NCBI GenBank assembly: GCA_035084275.1
Contig: CM068748.1
Coordinates: forward strand, 9,424,001 to 9,488,000
DNA: 64,000 nucleotides
DNA from: Hydrolagus colliei
Lineage: Eukaryota
Direction: 5' to 3'
In this document: positions 60,816 to 64,000 of the stretch, in pieces
How positions within the stretch are numbered: position 1 is the stretch's first letter
Layout of the letters: every line of letters starts with the position of its first letter
The notes under the pieces: generated by a model
Told to the model about the DNA's origin: nothing
What the model saw: only the letters and a program-made list of their open reading frames with translations
Databases searched by the model: none
Translations under genes and position numbers: made by a program

Positions 60816-63800
60816 AAATTGCTAGCTAGAATAATCCACTTGGTATGGGAGAATTTTTCAAGAGCTAACAGTTTAAACAATTTAATACTGTGGATAATAT
60901 AAGAATTAAACTGTTGATACTTGAAATGTCCCCCTCCTTCGAGTAGATTAATAATTTATTACAACTTTACATTAGCTGAATGTAATGCGGCTTTAATGTG
61001 ATCTTTGGCTCCTTATACACGAGGAAGCAGATATTCAACATTGTAAAGTTACACTGCAAATTAAATCTTCTATGATTTGGGGTCTAATTCCATATTAGTG
61101 TATTTCCCTTAAGAATAACTAAGAATAAAATGAGCTTTGTGGGTTCACCAAAGAAAAAAAGACTGCAGATCTTGAAACCTGAATAAAATTGCAAGGCTCA
61201 AAAGTGTCACATTTACAATTGTCAACCCCTGATGTATTTTACTTATTAGTTTCTTCCCATCTGTTTTCTGCCTTCTTGAACATCTGCAGAAGTGCCCACT
61301 GTTAGTCCTTTACAACTTATTCAAGTAAAGTGTGCAGTGAGCACAGTTTGTTTTTGTCTCAGTTAATAGGAGACCAGAACATTTGTCCACATTCCAGATT
61401 TGCAGTTATTTTCAGCCAACATGAAGAAAACATTGAATAAAATAAACATTAAAAAAAGCTAAGCATACTCAATCTAAATCCTAAAGTCATTTGAGGCATC
61501 TTTTAAATGACAGAGTGCATTATAAAAATGAGCATTCTCTGTATTTAGATATATAGAAAATAACAGATGGTGGGGAATGGTTAATTTCAGGCCTGGATGT
61601 GTACTCCTGGCACTTAGCCAAAACCAACTCAGGCTGCATACAAATTTGGAATGCATTCCTGACCATCCATTATTTGAAATGTATTCTAGGACGAGGACTT
61701 GTAAAATGGATATGACTTTTCACAGAGTGCACTTTGAAACAAAAACCTCAGTAATTTGTTTACAATGTTCTTTCTTTTATCCTTGCATCTAGAAATGAGA
61801 ATTCCTGATGGTGCTATTCTTTTGTAAACACTTGATGCTTGTTATTTTACGAAGCTAAAAATGTTGTTCAGATTTTTATTAAACTTCAAAAGTAACTTCC
61901 TGTCATCCGACACTGGATGGTTTTGAAAATAGGCCTGCTCCAGATTGTCTGTTCCTCATTCAGGCATCTGTAAACACTGATGTGGCTGCTTTCATCTTCT
62001 CTGGCTTTCTTTTGGAAGTAAACATGCTGGGAACTGTAATAAGTGCATCTGATCATACATTCATAAACACCCTCTGAAATAATGCAAATTTATCACATTG
62101 CTTTTTGAAAAAAACATTTTATTGTCACAAGACTTGATAAGCCTTCTTAATCATCAGACTTGGCTGAGTTCCAAAATGGTAAACTGGTCTTGCGACATGA
62201 TCATATTGTTAATGATCAAGTGGAAACATGAGTTCCAGCTCATCTAAAATTCACGCTTTCCTATTGCTACAATGTATGTTTACATTGTTGTAAATGTATA
62301 TCTGGAGCATATCTAAAAGTGGCAATTATCTTGGTGATTTATGACTTGTTTTAGCTAGTGCCTTACAATAATTAATTTCATTAGTGTTTACTCTCTAAAT
62401 ATTAGTGGGAGTTTGAACTAAGCACACTGTATTTATTACTCAATTTGTACGACAAAGCTCTTTTGTTTCAGTGCATGTAGGGTGTATTTTGAACTAAAAA
62501 CTTCAGAGCACTTAGTTCTTAATATAGATTGAATTAATGTTTGCTCCACTCTAGCATGCTGTTCATACTTTTCGATTTTTTTTCTTTTGAATTGATACTC
62601 AATGTTATCTTCAGTGTATTTTAGATGCATGCATTTTCCTGTAATCAAAAGCAGATTTGAAACCTGAAACAAATTGTTAATCTTGTGAGAAACTCTTTCC
62701 GCCTCAAGGACACAAAACACACTGACAAGCAGTGTCCAAACTGACAGCTTCTACTGGCACCAAAAAAAACACAGCCACCAAACACTATTAAACATTAAAC
62801 TAAAGCATTGCATATTAAAAACACAGATATATGGAATAATTTCAAGCCTGTAATTTAACCTCAGGGTTCAGATGATAGCTATGAATCCCTTGAGCTTTCC
62901 TCTCAGGGTTTATGATGTCATTTGAACACCTCGAATAGATTACTGCCTGGTAATCACTTCCAGGAATCCATTATTCTGTATTCAATTAAACCTCATAACA
63001 TGCTGAAATATTTTCCATTTCCAGTGACATTTCCATGTTTATATTTTCTATTCTTATCGTATTTACCACTTTTCAACTGATTTCTAGCATGGCTTTATTA
63101 ACATTTTTTTCCTTGGGGCAGTTTATGAACAGTATATGTTGACTTCAGCAGATTGTACTCCTTATCATTGTACTGTAGTATGTTTATTGGATCAAATATT
63201 TGTGAAATATATCACAGTATTTCACATCAATATTGTGCAACATTAAACACAATCAAGCCCTTTTGGGTGCATTGTGAAACAGTAGAGAACACCATATTTT
63301 TGTAAGCCTGCCTTATGTACAGTTTGTTGTGCAATATCAGATGACAGGATAATCTTTCATAAGCACAGCATATTTTGCCATGTGAAGTAACATCGTTTTT
63401 GGCTGATTGCATTACTAAACAATGAAAAAATCCTACATAAATGCAGGGTTTTTTTCAAAGCAAATCATTTTGTTGTGTATTCTGCAGAAATGGACTCACT
63501 TTGTTAGGAAATATTGATGAATGAATGACTTCCCACAAGTACTACAATCATGACAGATTTTCCCATAGAAACCTCTGCTGCGATCCATGAATGCATACAA
63601 ATACCATAGCTGCATAAATACCTTGTCCTCCAGGATTTCTTTTTTGTGTGCGTATTTGTCTCATACAAGTGAGGATTGTGATTATACATCGCTGCATATG
63701 ATCATGTTGAATTAATAGTACCAATGTCATGCTTCGCTGTAAAATTATTTAATCTGGTGAATTCTCTCTAACTGGAGAAGTGATTTTCGGTTTTGTTCAT

Positions 63801-64000
63801 TTATCCATCATCTCTATGGTGTGCCCATTTAGTTGCCTTGGCTGTACAATCCTTTGATTTGCCTACCTATGGACTTTGAAGTTGCTCTGACTGGGTGATA
63901 ACCGAGGTAGAGAACCTCTCAGAAGATCCAATGCTATCCATAGCCTCGTAGGTTTTGTCTTGGCAAAGCCTCAGGTCTCATTGTACACCATTGGCATTCT

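Overview
Vertebrate nuclear DNA, AT-rich and intron-dominated. The repeat content (Deu-domain and tRNA-head SINEs, L2/CR1 remnants, a Penelope terminal repeat) points to a cartilaginous fish, plausibly a chimaera such as Callorhinchus milii; that taxonomic call is inference. Two spliced + strand genes occur in the human-like order CABCOCO1 (C10orf107) then ARID5B. CABCOCO1 contributes its last three coding exons (556-672, 775-906, 5898-5972). ARID5B contributes coding exons 1-4 (27803-27823, 28295-28549, 36500-36734, 57785-58024), covering the N-terminal BAH-like region; the ARID domain lies beyond the window. All splice phases join in frame with GT-AG introns. Between the genes lie about 21 kb of SINE/L2-rich DNA and a CpG- and microsatellite-rich promoter region. 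Nearly all ORF-track entries are chance or repeat-derived. I found no convincing novel multi-gene system. The best leads are a degenerate Penelope-type hammerhead ribozyme, an exon-1-like MEPNEIK echo in ARID5B intron 2, an AUG-stop element in the presumed ARID5B leader, several paired non-coding duplications, nested inverted SINEs and candidate CTCF/RFX/TEAD sites.
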